From the IMG/VR virus record IMGVR_UViG_3300047551_002812, positions 15,358 through 79,357 of that record: 64,000 nt of DNA. One strand, 5' to 3'. Position 1 is the stretch's first letter. Every line of letters starts with the position of its first letter. Both the position numbers and the translations under genes were made by a program. The notes under the pieces were generated by a model that ran no database searches, was not told where the DNA came from, and saw nothing but the letters and a program-made list of their open reading frames with translations. This DNA is from a virus. Below, one piece after another: positions 37,701 to 47,002 of the stretch.

Positions 37701-38383
37701 TTAGGAGGTACGCAGAAATCCGCCCTGTACCCGTTCTCCTCGGAGATCTTCTTCAAGGCCTCCTCGACGGATATTCCCTCGTCGAACTTAACGTTTATCA
37801 GGTTCTGATTGAACACCACCGCCTTTGGATCAGTGCCGCTCAGCGTTACTGACGGGAAGTTAGACCCGTGGTTTACACTGATGCGATTGACCCGGAAGTA
37901 GTAATCGGAGCCGAACGCGGTTCCGTTAACCTCGTACCAGAACGAGATGATTATGTGGGCAAAAGTATCCTGAAGTGGTCGGGAGGAACCGTCGGAGTTG
38001 ATAAGAGCGCTGTCGTCTATGGATGCGTAGCGAAAGCACTTATCCTTTACGGGGTCCTGGTTTTCCCCGCACGGCGGAAGAATTATGTTGTTGGTCTGCG
38101 CGGTGTTAGACGCGGACCACATCGAGGCAGCGTCAAAAAGTGCTGGCCAGGCGGCCCCGGTTAGGTACGGATCGGAGATAACTACCTGGCAGGTAGATTG
38201 GTTTATCCCCGACGCGTACGATTCAGCTGCACTGCTGCCTTGAGAAGCCATCGTGGGAAAAGTATTATTCCACTTTAGCTTTACGCTTGCCTCCTGGATG
38301 TGTTTTTCCTCAAAGACAATAAGCCTCTCAGATTTGAAAGGCTTATAAGCTACTCTGGTTCGGCAACGATACAGACTAGACAC
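34715..38383 (-). CDS. Baseplate hub (gp27/gpD-like) with amidase_3, M23 peptidase and phage tail lysozyme domains
   Basis: Amidase ILLMAGH..E / IEIHND / ILEVG; M23 GSTGRSSAPHVHF, HQGIDF, GFGNYV, AHL; lysozyme AGALGNLQEESGFDP, GIVQW, QLEF. Confidence 0.8.
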   Translation of the reverse strand: MSSLYRCRTRVAYKPFKSERLIVFEEKHIQEASVKLKWNNTFPTMASQGSSAAESYASGINQSTCQVVISDPYLTGAAWPALFDAASMWSASNTAQTNNIILPPCGENQDPVKDKCFRYASIDDSALINSDGSSRPLQDTFAHIIISFWYEVNGTAFGSDYYFRVNRISVNHGSNFPSVTLSGTDPKAVVFNQNLINVKFDEGISVEEALKKISEENGYRADFCVPPNQDTASTYILPRSIIYKGVTPDEAMKKLVAATGGSMLSLPVKEYGNRVSICTRGEITQSCMVFYLGKGLYETFQIDGEPPVTFAGQNMQSGATINNGDPYLSASFAASKYSLKEVIKQKRIKALQDVKKVTFPDLFKPCEKRCQGPQADGYGWSGQGPLVENKRYTKAGMYGLAPNGLTSISYLPGIVESASESEGKVVIKTEFWFQVCKEDDSQKCFGRYIYQESTNLSSVKVKNREEVKISQEIGSSTSAKKELVRFYINGHSNETVTIDPQLIWNWAAPAETTSDFQNKNAPTGPSNAIVQPAPKQSLKDWKATTTAKPSKILLMAGHADLTSSGAADEYKLNIELVKWAGRNAQAYGISDLIETYLPPSSNLTDTDPRSQFSKTTQAIAAGKQVIEIHNDQTDGKSGVIPPTGGKRIWPLDEALSSSYGAFSVNHRDGLGVPKRGGTILEVGRMDPPVRNIVRSGTTAQKEALYKQLMDPLMRSIASEMGKTPTTSAPTTGQSGQQGSVFVGKVGSTGRSSAPHVHFQFAGGSGQGSEAKLTEIARKYVIAGNKPLGDAERNQGYGAGRNHQGIDFFPGNRSNIYITNGASVKQVNETKCVRENSLSDQCGGGFGNYVTIGTPEGDVIMAHLAPESIPPNLPGLTSSDSGGNTSPSIAGAPANKALTIETSFKGVPRALRITPGRTILSFITEYDNWVENGGPRGQDPSTDPGVWIPSRFRNWFVGEVQFMWRQGDLRVDIEANNAWGNSVISAPTFSEYLQGQQSTGEFNVTRDYYGYIRSVGDLCFPVKKSDTGEYTSSCKELCRESQEFYRKYGSGSGGGQETGGNGGSTSSFPAANCKTGDATKDTIISALYAAGLKTPNAFAGALGNLQEESGFDPNVHNTSRQGLTCRSVSGQKEKCYGIVQWGGSRKSQVLSKCGQNSTLQCQLEFMVQEIKTRGGGLVESMNSSGSASAAADLWMSKYEVASGGGRRRQQYAEQIVKTMKCDR

Positions 38384-38395
38384 ATCGGGTTCTTA

Positions 38396-39127
38396 TCAGG
38401 ACACGGCAGTAACTTGCGCCAGAGCCGCAGTCTTCTGGGTAGCGCCAGTGGACACGTTGGTATTGACATTGAGGGCCACGATCTGACCGACTTTGAATCC
38501 TGCTCCGGCGGTAGTGATGGCGCCGATCGCGGTAACCTTGCCCGCTGTGAGAGTCGCTGTGGCCACACCGAAGGCGTAACCCGCTGGATTGGTGGTCTCC
38601 GTCGACTCGATCTTGATGGAGACCGTACCGGAGGTAAGGGTACCGTCGGTGGTGTATCCACTTCCAGCTTTCTGCAGAGTGAGGGTGACAAGGCCACCGG
38701 TCGGGGCCTGGGGAGCCGGGACGACCTCGGCGATGACGGAGGAGATGGCCTCCGCGATGTTGAACGTGGCTACCATGAAGTGGAAGTCCCCGTCTCCGGT
38801 TAGTCCGACGTACTTCGTGGCGTTAACGAGGAGTGCGTTGAGCGCGGTCTTGTCATCCGCGGGCACATCAGCGTTATCCGCCAGGGCTCCGATGACCATC
38901 TCAAGGGTAGCGTAGGCGAACTTTTTGGCCTCGAAGCTCATGGATGGACCACAGGCCACGAACTTATCCTTAGCGCTGGTGCGAGCAGTTGGAGTGTTAC
39001 TTCCGGAGCTGTACGAGGAGACCAACGGGGAGGCGATGGCCTCGGTCAGAAACTCTTGAAAGGAGATCTTGTATTCAAACTCCATACCGATCTTGCGATA
39101 AAGACCGGTGTTAAGTACGGTTGCCAT
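38396..39127 (-). CDS. Virion structural protein
   Basis: Ala/Thr/Gly-rich with AGSGYT and AGAGF repeats typical of cyanophage virion proteins; GTTTAAAG at 39162-39169. Confidence 0.6.
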   Translation of the reverse strand: MATVLNTGLYRKIGMEFEYKISFQEFLTEAIASPLVSSYSSGSNTPTARTSAKDKFVACGPSMSFEAKKFAYATLEMVIGALADNADVPADDKTALNALLVNATKYVGLTGDGDFHFMVATFNIAEAISSVIAEVVPAPQAPTGGLVTLTLQKAGSGYTTDGTLTSGTVSIKIESTETTNPAGYAFGVATATLTAGKVTAIGAITTAGAGFKVGQIVALNVNTNVSTGATQKTAALAQVTAVS

Positions 39128-39163
39128 AGGTGGTAATGATTCCTATATCTAATCAGTTAGTCT

Positions 39164-39724
39164 TTAAACCATGTGAGCGAGGGAGGAGTCCTTTGATGGG
39201 GAGATGACTTGGATATCGGTCAGAAGCGAACGATGGGAGAGGTAGTCGCACATATACTTGTAGTACTCTCGGTGCTCCTTCTCACGAGCTTTTAACTGCG
39301 TACTCACGAAATACTCGGAGCAGCCCGGGTGAAGATCCTTGATCTCTTCGATGTGAAATGGCCTGGACCACTCCCACGATCTGCGTACGAGGAAGACCTT
39401 TATCTTGGAGCTGTAGGCTGCGAAAAACGACTCCGCGGAGTTAGCCCACTCCTCCGAGATGCTGATGTTCCTTCTGAACCGCTCGTAGAAGCACACCTCG
39501 GAGAAACCACGATCACAGATAACCACCTCGGCTTTTTCCTCCAGAGCGGACTGGAACGGATCGATGTACTGCTGGATCGGGGAGTGGTGGTGGGGTTGGG
39601 GTCCGAAGAAGTGGAGGGAGCGTACACAGATGTCCTTGGACACTAGGTCTTTTTTTGTATTTTCCACGAGGGTGGACTTGCCGACACGATCGGCTCCGAG
39701 CACAACGATAGTCTTCGGACGCAT
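39164..39724 (-). CDS. Thymidylate-kinase-like dNMP kinase
   Basis: P-loop GADRVGKST and VICDR..SE..Y; TGGTATGAT promoter at 39753-39761. Confidence 0.75.
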   Translation of the reverse strand: MRPKTIVVLGADRVGKSTLVENTKKDLVSKDICVRSLHFFGPQPHHHSPIQQYIDPFQSALEEKAEVVICDRGFSEVCFYERFRRNISISEEWANSAESFFAAYSSKIKVFLVRRSWEWSRPFHIEEIKDLHPGCSEYFVSTQLKAREKEHREYYKYMCDYLSHRSLLTDIQVISPSKDSSLAHMV

Positions 39725-39752
39725 ACTGGAAAAACACCGACTTTACAGCCTT

Positions 39753-39795
39753 ATCATACCACGATCCTTGGCCGCGGGGGTAATAAAGTTTAAAG
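39753..39795. promoter_or_regulatory. Divergent promoters: TGGTATGAT (-, 39753-39761) and GTTTAAAG (+, 39788-39795)
   Basis: Exact motif copies facing the ATGs at 39724 and 39825. Confidence 0.6.
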
Positions 39796-39824
39796 AAGTA
39801 TATAGTCAGTAACCGAGACGTAGC

Positions 39825-40166
39825 ATGCCAGCGACTCCACAGCCTCCGTTCCACAGGTGGGGCGTTAGATTTACATCAGATACAACTCACAACCTATCCT
39901 ACATCCAGACTCAGCATAACGAAAACTCATCCAACACCTACCGGGGAGAACTCTTTCTCAACGAGGCACTAGATGAGATCTACTACGTCGATTCCACCGG
40001 AGTCGCTAGAAGATTCGGGGACAGAGCCTCCGTTCCCTTCTCTCGGATAAGTTTCACGGGGCTCAGGGAGTTTGTGGATGATGCCGCGGCCGCGGCTGCG
40101 ACTCCCCCGGTGGTGGTCGGGGGGATGTACAGGACGGGCAGCGTGCTAAAAGTGAGAATAGTTTAA
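39825..40166 (+). CDS. Small fibre-like virion protein
   Basis: GELFLN..DEIYY and C-terminal DDAAAAAA..V.VGGMYRTG..LKVR fibre motifs. Confidence 0.55.
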   Translation: MPATPQPPFHRWGVRFTSDTTHNLSYIQTQHNENSSNTYRGELFLNEALDEIYYVDSTGVARRFGDRASVPFSRISFTGLREFVDDAAAAAATPPVVVGGMYRTGSVLKVRIV

Positions 40167-40230
40167 AGTATGTCAGGATGCGAAAACATTAGCGCATGTC
40201 CAGACCACTAGCAAGCACTACATGACCCGG

Positions 40231-40266
40231 AGACCCTGGAAGTAACGCACTTCTGGGGTCTTTTTT
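40231..40266 (+). terminator. Rho-independent terminator upstream of phoH
   Basis: 13-bp stem with two G-U pairs, AGACCCTGGAAGT/ACTTCTGGGGTCT, ending in a T run (40261-40266). Confidence 0.75.
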
Positions 40267-40290
40267 CGTATCCCACACAGAAAAAACCTC

Positions 40291-41052
40291 ATGGCTAGAA
40301 AATCTACACGGAAGCAGCGCCGGCTCGAGGAGAACCAGGTGTTCGCGATGGAGAGTAACAGCAACAGTGGCGGTAATGAGTCGGGATCCAAGTTCCAAGA
40401 CAACAGGATACTGATGCCACGTAACCCGAACCAGGTCGATGCTATGAGGTACCTAAGGACCAAGGTCCTAACTCTGCTTTCCGGACCACCAGGCACAGCG
40501 AAGACCCTCTTAGCGACCTACGTAGCATGCGAGAAACTGCAGAAGAGGGAGGTGGATAAGATCTACTACGTGAAACCCGTTGTGAGTGTCCCCGGAGAGC
40601 AGGGACTCGGCTTCCTTCCGGGAAATCTCGACGAGAAGATCGCGCCCCATATCAGTCCCGTCCGTGACGCCCTTGAGGTTTTCATGTCGAAGGGCAAAGC
40701 GGAGTACCTCCTCTCGAAGAAGTACATAGAGTTTCTGCCCATAGAGCACCTGCGCGGGCGATCGTTGAATAGGTGCGTGGTTATCGCCGACGAGATGCAG
40801 AACGCAACAACCCACAGTCTCATGACTATTCTCACTCGTCTTGGAGACTCGTCGAGTGTCGCCGTTCTCGGGGACGTCGTGCAGAGAGACCTGGCTAATC
40901 GCTTTGGCGGTGACGGACTGTCGGATGCCATCAAGAGGCTGAAAGACATGCCTGATGTTGGTTCGGTGGAGTTCGGATTTGATGACATAGAACGGTCCTC
41001 ATTCGTCCAGTCCGTCATCCGGGCCTACTCGGACCTGTACTTGTCTAGATAA
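40291..41052 (+). CDS. phoH: PhoH-family ATPase
   Basis: GPPGTAKT, LGFLPGNLDEK, LRGRSL, DEMQN, LTRLG, GDVVQRD, DIERS. Confidence 0.95.
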   Translation: MARKSTRKQRRLEENQVFAMESNSNSGGNESGSKFQDNRILMPRNPNQVDAMRYLRTKVLTLLSGPPGTAKTLLATYVACEKLQKREVDKIYYVKPVVSVPGEQGLGFLPGNLDEKIAPHISPVRDALEVFMSKGKAEYLLSKKYIEFLPIEHLRGRSLNRCVVIADEMQNATTHSLMTILTRLGDSSSVAVLGDVVQRDLANRFGGDGLSDAIKRLKDMPDVGSVEFGFDDIERSSFVQSVIRAYSDLYLSR

Positions 41053-41060
41053 CTTTGCGG

Positions 41061-41068
41061 GTTTAAAG
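41061..41068 (+). promoter_or_regulatory. Putative late promoter GTTTAAAG
   Basis: Exact motif 30 bp upstream of ATG 41099. Confidence 0.65.
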
Positions 41069-41098
41069 TAAGTTATATTGACATAGTGCCCTGGAAAG

Positions 41099-44000
41099 AT
41101 GCCAAAATCAAAGAGCGGCGGGAGACTTAGAACCTCGCGAGTGGAACCACAGCCTTTTTCTCAGAGGGACAGCGCTGAGACCGAGGTAAAGTACTACGGT
41201 CTGGTTCGTGATAACGCGCTCGGTGACCTTGCATCCAAGGACAGGGCGCTGGCCGAGGTCCTCACGGATATTCAAGATTCGGCCGAGGCGTCCGTCCTAG
41301 GCAGATTCGTGCCAAACGACCTTCAGGTCTTGGACGGAGTCGTGAGGTACGACCTCAAACGTGAGGATTTTGAGATCCTAAAGGGCGCATCCATTAACGC
41401 CGAGGATGAAAGCGGAAGGACCGTTCCGCTAGTTAATCCACGCCAGCGCATCTCGGACAGGATCGCCCAGGCTGAGAGGTTCGCGGGCAGGGGAACAAAC
41501 TACCAAGGTCAGGGTACCGTGCTCTACAAGTACTACGTACCCGAGACCCAGCCAACCGACTCGGTGAGTAAGTACTCGCACACGAACCCTCCGCCATTCT
41601 TCACCGAGGCGATAACTTCCACTGCGGAGAACTCCGCGGATTTTATCCCATCGACCGTGACTCAGATATCGAACACGCATCGAATCGGGTATATCCAGAA
41701 TGGCCGGTTTGTTCCTGACTCCGAGTCGGAGTACTGGTGGAGTGGTGAGTACGACCACTATATGAACAGTGCCTCGGAGTACGGTGATCCAACACAATCC
41801 GCCCTCACCAACCCGAAGTTCCCTATAGTCCGGGACGGGAATATGAAGTTCGACCAGATTGCCCCTCGGGGGATCAGTACTCGCTACAACTGGGGGCTAA
41901 GGTTCGACGCTTGGTTCAAGCGAGGCGATTTTGCCTCCACCTCCACCATGATGAGGTGGGCAGCCCAGGTCAACGGGCATCTTCGCATAGACTATTTCGA
42001 CAAGACCGGATACAACCCCACAACTAGAGCGATCGAGGGTACCTGGAGAACGGCCCTTAACACGGCGGACTCGACCACTTACTACACCCAGGTCTCTCGG
42101 GAGAACTCAGTTCCTAACGTTCTTGGAGGTAGGTTGTACTATGTCCAAGGAGGTCCGACAATGCCCCTTGGTACCGGATCGGGATCCGTGCCGTCCCAAC
42201 GCTCCTTGGCGAATGGTGGAGCACTTGACCTAGCTAAAACTTACACCGGGTTAGAGGGAAGCGCGATCAAGAACTTCTTGGACGATTACGTCCCTGTGGT
42301 AATACGGTTCTGGTATGGTCAACCCTCCACCGACCCGGCCCAGACCGATATTGTTACGAGACGCCCGCTGGGGACTCCGAGTTTCTTTATCCAGATGCTG
42401 GATACGAATCTCAGCACCGCGGACATCTCAAAGTGGAATGACTACTCCGCGCAGTTAAGACTGACGTGGAATTCGGCGCAGAGTGCGTGGTCCGTGGACA
42501 CCTCCTCAGGTGGCAGTGCGGCCGAGGAGGCAAATTTCGCAAACTACAGTACTAACTTTGAGGTCATTGCGTACACCACCCTCGGAGCAAGTAAACCGGC
42601 GGTGCTAACCGGCTACACCATACCCTCTACGACGATCATAGGGACAAAGGGTGCTCCCGTAAGCGGAGTTACCTACGCCAGCTTTAGCGTGCCTGGAGTA
42701 AGTCCGACTAATGGCCAGACAATATGGGCGGTCGTGAAGAACCGACCTTTTAACGTTGTTCCGGGGACGGCGACATTGAACATCGTGTCGATGTGGCAGA
42801 AGTATCTTTTCAATCCTAATCCCACAGGCAAATACGGAAGTATCAGTGATCTTCTTGAGAACGTAGGTAAGAACTACGTAGAGCCTGACCCGTCGAAAAT
42901 CGCGTTCGAGGCAAACCTGGATCTGTATAGAGCTACGTTGGGAGGTCTGCCAAAACCCAGCACCTACACCTCAACAAGGTATGACGGAACCCTGACAAAC
43001 TCCGTAACAAGTTCCAACACCGAAAGAGACTACGACTACAACCACTCAAAACTGTTGATGATAGGTCGTCAAAAGAAAGGTACGGTAGCCGAGATCGGTA
43101 CCACCTCGCCGTATGCTGGGAAGAATCTGGCAACCGGTGAGACCAGAAAGAAAGGGGAGAACTATACCTTCATTGAGGTGGTGGAGAACGCTGCAGGATT
43201 CGGGGGTACTGTGACTATAAACGCCTACCCGTCAAACGACCTAGGAGTCATCTCGACAACTTCCACGACCACCTACGGGAAAGCGCTTCATATGCTCGAT
43301 AACACTACCACTTTCTCTAAGAGCAGTAGGCAGAACATCTCCACTATCGCGCTAAATAAACTGCCGTCGGATGCTAACTTTGCCTCCACATCCAGGGTTC
43401 TCTATGAGGAGGTCGATGGGGTAGGGAGGCTGAGTGTCGGAACGTGGAACGGTTCGGCCTTCACCTACGATAATACCGGGATCATCGCCCAACTGACCAT
43501 GGGCGCCACCGGATCCAGAAACCACGTCGCTAAGTCGATGTTTATCGCCGAGTTCACCAAAGGCACAACCCCCTATAGTTTTTACGGGCTCATAGGGGCT
43601 CAGAGAACATCATTCTCCGGAGTGACCCTTACCGTGAACTCAGGAGAGGTTACGATAACGTCCTCCGGTGGGGTATTTACCCCCGACTCGACCAACTCCA
43701 ATAACAATCAGTACATCGGTTCCGAGATCATCTTCCCCAACGACGCAACGGTGAGAAGAGTGACGTCATATAACGCCTCCACCGGAACAGTGACTTTCAC
43801 GCCGTCCATCGCGGCCGGTCAGTACACGAGTTGTCAGGTGTACTACAATCACCTCCAGCTTGGTAGTACTCTACCCGCGAATATCGTGAGTTCCACCGGG
43901 GCCAAAGTCGTGAGAACCACCGTTATCCCCGTGCCTAGCGGCGGTAATATATCCGATCGTCTGGTACAGATCCGATTTGTCTTCAACTCGGCGTACCAGT

Positions 44001-44632
44001 TCCTCAGGGCTGATAGCGGTTCCAGCCTGAGTTTCGGGGAGACACTGTACGTAAAGGCCGGAAGCTCACCCACCGAGATCCAGCCATTCTCCTCCGATAC
44101 CGAGCTTCCCGCCCCGCCGGCCGACATCGTAGTTCCATTCGGTTACGATAATACTTCTGGGGCATCGGATCCAGGGCTCGGAGGGCTCTGCTATCCACCC
44201 TACTCGATTCAGAATATCTCACTTCAGGCCATCACTAAGACCGACACAGCGCTGTACGCCTCCACCGAGGGGCAGTTTGACATCTGGTGGGGAGGACGGG
44301 TTAATAGTTCCGATGATATGGGGCAGAAGTACCTCTACGTTACTGACAAACTGATGTTTGACTTCAGTAGTTCTGAACGTAGCAATCTCCTTTCATCGCT
44401 GCTGACGGCACAGAAACCTGTATTTGGTGGATCGGAGTACACCCATAAACTCGAGGTGGAGTTAAATGTAGGTCTTCCTGATGGTCCCGTGCAGAATGCA
44501 AATCTGTACAAAGACGTTAGATTCTACTCCAATAACAAACCGGTGAAGGACCGGTACTACCTTTTCATCCGTAAACAGACTGGCGGAAGCCAACTCAGTG
44601 TGCTTTCCGCCAATAACCCATCGTGGACCTGA
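41099..44632 (+). CDS. Large virion structural protein (1177 aa)
   Basis: Thr/Ser/Gly-rich beta protein with a PA14-like segment (WGLRFDAWF...VPVVIRFWY). Confidence 0.6.
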   Translation: MPKSKSGGRLRTSRVEPQPFSQRDSAETEVKYYGLVRDNALGDLASKDRALAEVLTDIQDSAEASVLGRFVPNDLQVLDGVVRYDLKREDFEILKGASINAEDESGRTVPLVNPRQRISDRIAQAERFAGRGTNYQGQGTVLYKYYVPETQPTDSVSKYSHTNPPPFFTEAITSTAENSADFIPSTVTQISNTHRIGYIQNGRFVPDSESEYWWSGEYDHYMNSASEYGDPTQSALTNPKFPIVRDGNMKFDQIAPRGISTRYNWGLRFDAWFKRGDFASTSTMMRWAAQVNGHLRIDYFDKTGYNPTTRAIEGTWRTALNTADSTTYYTQVSRENSVPNVLGGRLYYVQGGPTMPLGTGSGSVPSQRSLANGGALDLAKTYTGLEGSAIKNFLDDYVPVVIRFWYGQPSTDPAQTDIVTRRPLGTPSFFIQMLDTNLSTADISKWNDYSAQLRLTWNSAQSAWSVDTSSGGSAAEEANFANYSTNFEVIAYTTLGASKPAVLTGYTIPSTTIIGTKGAPVSGVTYASFSVPGVSPTNGQTIWAVVKNRPFNVVPGTATLNIVSMWQKYLFNPNPTGKYGSISDLLENVGKNYVEPDPSKIAFEANLDLYRATLGGLPKPSTYTSTRYDGTLTNSVTSSNTERDYDYNHSKLLMIGRQKKGTVAEIGTTSPYAGKNLATGETRKKGENYTFIEVVENAAGFGGTVTINAYPSNDLGVISTTSTTTYGKALHMLDNTTTFSKSSRQNISTIALNKLPSDANFASTSRVLYEEVDGVGRLSVGTWNGSAFTYDNTGIIAQLTMGATGSRNHVAKSMFIAEFTKGTTPYSFYGLIGAQRTSFSGVTLTVNSGEVTITSSGGVFTPDSTNSNNNQYIGSEIIFPNDATVRRVTSYNASTGTVTFTPSIAAGQYTSCQVYYNHLQLGSTLPANIVSSTGAKVVRTTVIPVPSGGNISDRLVQIRFVFNSAYQFLRADSGSSLSFGETLYVKAGSSPTEIQPFSSDTELPAPPADIVVPFGYDNTSGASDPGLGGLCYPPYSIQNISLQAITKTDTALYASTEGQFDIWWGGRVNSSDDMGQKYLYVTDKLMFDFSSSERSNLLSSLLTAQKPVFGGSEYTHKLEVELNVGLPDGPVQNANLYKDVRFYSNNKPVKDRYYLFIRKQTGGSQLSVLSANNPSWT

Positions 44633-46981
44633 TCAGGATAGAGTGAAGAGTGGTACGGCGTAGATTGTCGATTGGACCCCGTTCTTCACGGTGGGGATTC
44701 CAGTAACCGCTGGGGCGGTCTGCCTGTGGAAGTAGAAAGCCCCATCGCGGCCATTGGTGTGGATTCTCTGGGCCAATTCCGAAATCGTGGTGTTATACGA
44801 GTACCAGTCCGTTGAAGCCGGATTTGTCGTCACGGAGGTGCCCTCGGCGCTAAGGACCCCGAGGTTCTGTCCTGTTATGCTCGGGTTCATGGTCACAGTC
44901 ACTCCGCCGGCATCGGTGATCTCTTGGAAGAACGGTTTATCTGTAGTGGAGAAGGCCCTGCGGTAGTCATTTCCCACCTTGATGAATAGACCTGGCACCC
45001 TTACCTGGAAGTTCGGGTCAGGGAGCATGAGATCGAGTGTACCCGACCCTGCCACTGTGGCGGATGTCTGTATGGAAAACTCGTTAGCATTGATATACTT
45101 GGCAGTGTAGGTACCCGAAGAGAACTTACTTCCAGTGTTAGCTACTACATTGGACACTTTAACACTGTCCCCGGTTTTCACCGAGTGGGAACTCAGTACG
45201 ATCGTAACGACTCCGGACGCCACTGAGGACCACTGAACAACCGGTCCGAGAACAAACTCACTCACCGAGGATCTTAGTCTATCACCTGTAATGGATCCTG
45301 CGCCAAGAGTTGTGTCAGAGGGATTCAAGACGAAATCTTGATCGCGGAGTACGACTCTCTGCCATACCACCACATCTTTACCAGAAAAGGAGTTGTAGGT
45401 GTAACCTAGAACATTCTCCGCCGAGGAGACGGGGGTTGGTCGCTTAGTGTTCTGAATAGCCAACCTCGATCTAGTCTTCAGATCGGATGCGCTGCTACTC
45501 ACGGAGTTTATCGCCGAGGAGATACTGCCGCTTACGGAGAAAACCTCCGATGTGTAACTCCTGAGATAGATCGGCGACTGAGCAAATTTGAACTGTAGGA
45601 TATTGGTGATGTTCGATCCGTCGAATCTTCGGATCTCTATGGCCTGCTCAGATGTCAGACCGGTCTCCGAGGTGTCCCTGTCAAGGTACACGTACTTACC
45701 CAGTTCCTCGTCGAAGAGGAAGAATCCATCCTCGGTAGCGTTCTTGACAGTGTACGTGAAGTTACTCGTGCGGATTATCTCGGGGGTTCCCTCGAAGTAA
45801 ACACCTCTTTGCCTCCGCACCTTCACCACCTGTCCGGTGTTGGAGTCGTTAACGCTCGCCTCGACCACCTCAAGTTCCTCGGGGATCACGTAACTGTATC
45901 CGGGATCGGTTATCCTCACGGAACTGACGTAGTATCTCGTTACGTTAGCGGTCGTGAATCTGAGTAGTTCCCTTGGATCGCATACCTCACAGTTCTTGGA
46001 TGTATTCGTGCTGGTGGACGGAAGAACAACAGTGAAAGTACTGGAACTGGTGACAGTGACCGACCCAACAAACCCGCTCTTCAGCGTGCCAGACAGGACT
46101 CTGATGTACACGCTATCTCCCGTGGAGAGTCCGTGGTTGGTGAGAGTCACCGTAGCCGAGGCAGTAGACCCGAGTTCGGTACCGAACGAGGTGTTAGTGT
46201 AAGTGGCCGGAGTACCGGGCAGGTAGTCGAATGCCATCTTGGTGAATGTAACATCGGCTCTAAGGCTTGTCGCGTTACTAGTCTTACCCCGAAGCTGGAT
46301 ATTGGAGAGTCTTACATCGTAACTAGAGACGAGTGCTTGCCCGGAACCACTTATGGAACCCCCGGAGTTGGCAACGGTGAAGGTGTTTGCCGTCACGGAC
46401 ACCACGGCGTAGTCACCGGACGTCGCGTTCGTACCACCTCCGGAGTTATTGAATCTGATACCCACGACCTGGTCCTTTACGAATCCGTGGGAGTTAAGTG
46501 TTATGGTGATGGTGGAACTAGCGTCAGCTATCCACGTGGCTGCGAAGTTCTCAAGGGAGGCGATCTGGTCTTGGGAGTTTAGAAAGTAGAACCCTCCGCC
46601 TCCGGATATCAGACGGAGAGCCGGAACGGAACCACCGACGGAATAGCGAAGAGGAGTCACATTATCTGAGTTACCCGTACCGACCTCGTACTTTGTGAAG
46701 TACACCCGATTCTCATCGGTAAAAGTAAAGTACTTAGAGCCGAACTTGGTGCGGTTTATCACGTCACCAGAAAGAGTACTTAGTTTTTCGGTCGTCAGCC
46801 TGTATATCTGAGACGTTTTATCATCGAGTACTCCGGACACGCAGAGAGACTCCACCGACGACGAGAGGGAGTACAGCTCGATGTCAGTCTCTATCCCAGG
46901 AGCGTACAATTTCTGCAGCGCGGTTTTGAGGTTGAGGTTGGACTCCGATAGGTTTTTAGATCTAGTTAGACCGATTGCCAT
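44633..46981 (-). CDS. Virion structural protein with repeated 'TITxxxHG(F/L)xxGD' modules
   Basis: Three repeats: ITITLNSHGF, ATVTLTNHGLSTGD, VTIVLSSHSVKTGD. Confidence 0.65.
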   Translation of the reverse strand: MAIGLTRSKNLSESNLNLKTALQKLYAPGIETDIELYSLSSSVESLCVSGVLDDKTSQIYRLTTEKLSTLSGDVINRTKFGSKYFTFTDENRVYFTKYEVGTGNSDNVTPLRYSVGGSVPALRLISGGGGFYFLNSQDQIASLENFAATWIADASSTITITLNSHGFVKDQVVGIRFNNSGGGTNATSGDYAVVSVTANTFTVANSGGSISGSGQALVSSYDVRLSNIQLRGKTSNATSLRADVTFTKMAFDYLPGTPATYTNTSFGTELGSTASATVTLTNHGLSTGDSVYIRVLSGTLKSGFVGSVTVTSSSTFTVVLPSTSTNTSKNCEVCDPRELLRFTTANVTRYYVSSVRITDPGYSYVIPEELEVVEASVNDSNTGQVVKVRRQRGVYFEGTPEIIRTSNFTYTVKNATEDGFFLFDEELGKYVYLDRDTSETGLTSEQAIEIRRFDGSNITNILQFKFAQSPIYLRSYTSEVFSVSGSISSAINSVSSSASDLKTRSRLAIQNTKRPTPVSSAENVLGYTYNSFSGKDVVVWQRVVLRDQDFVLNPSDTTLGAGSITGDRLRSSVSEFVLGPVVQWSSVASGVVTIVLSSHSVKTGDSVKVSNVVANTGSKFSSGTYTAKYINANEFSIQTSATVAGSGTLDLMLPDPNFQVRVPGLFIKVGNDYRRAFSTTDKPFFQEITDAGGVTVTMNPSITGQNLGVLSAEGTSVTTNPASTDWYSYNTTISELAQRIHTNGRDGAFYFHRQTAPAVTGIPTVKNGVQSTIYAVPLFTLS

Positions 46982-47002
46982 GTTCTAAGTGCTCCTGGGT
47001 GA

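Noticed and set aside
568-38383. Bacterial extracellular contractile injection system or tailocin
   Set aside because: Terminase, primase/helicase, RNR and a phage-style sigma are interspersed, which indicates a phage genome.
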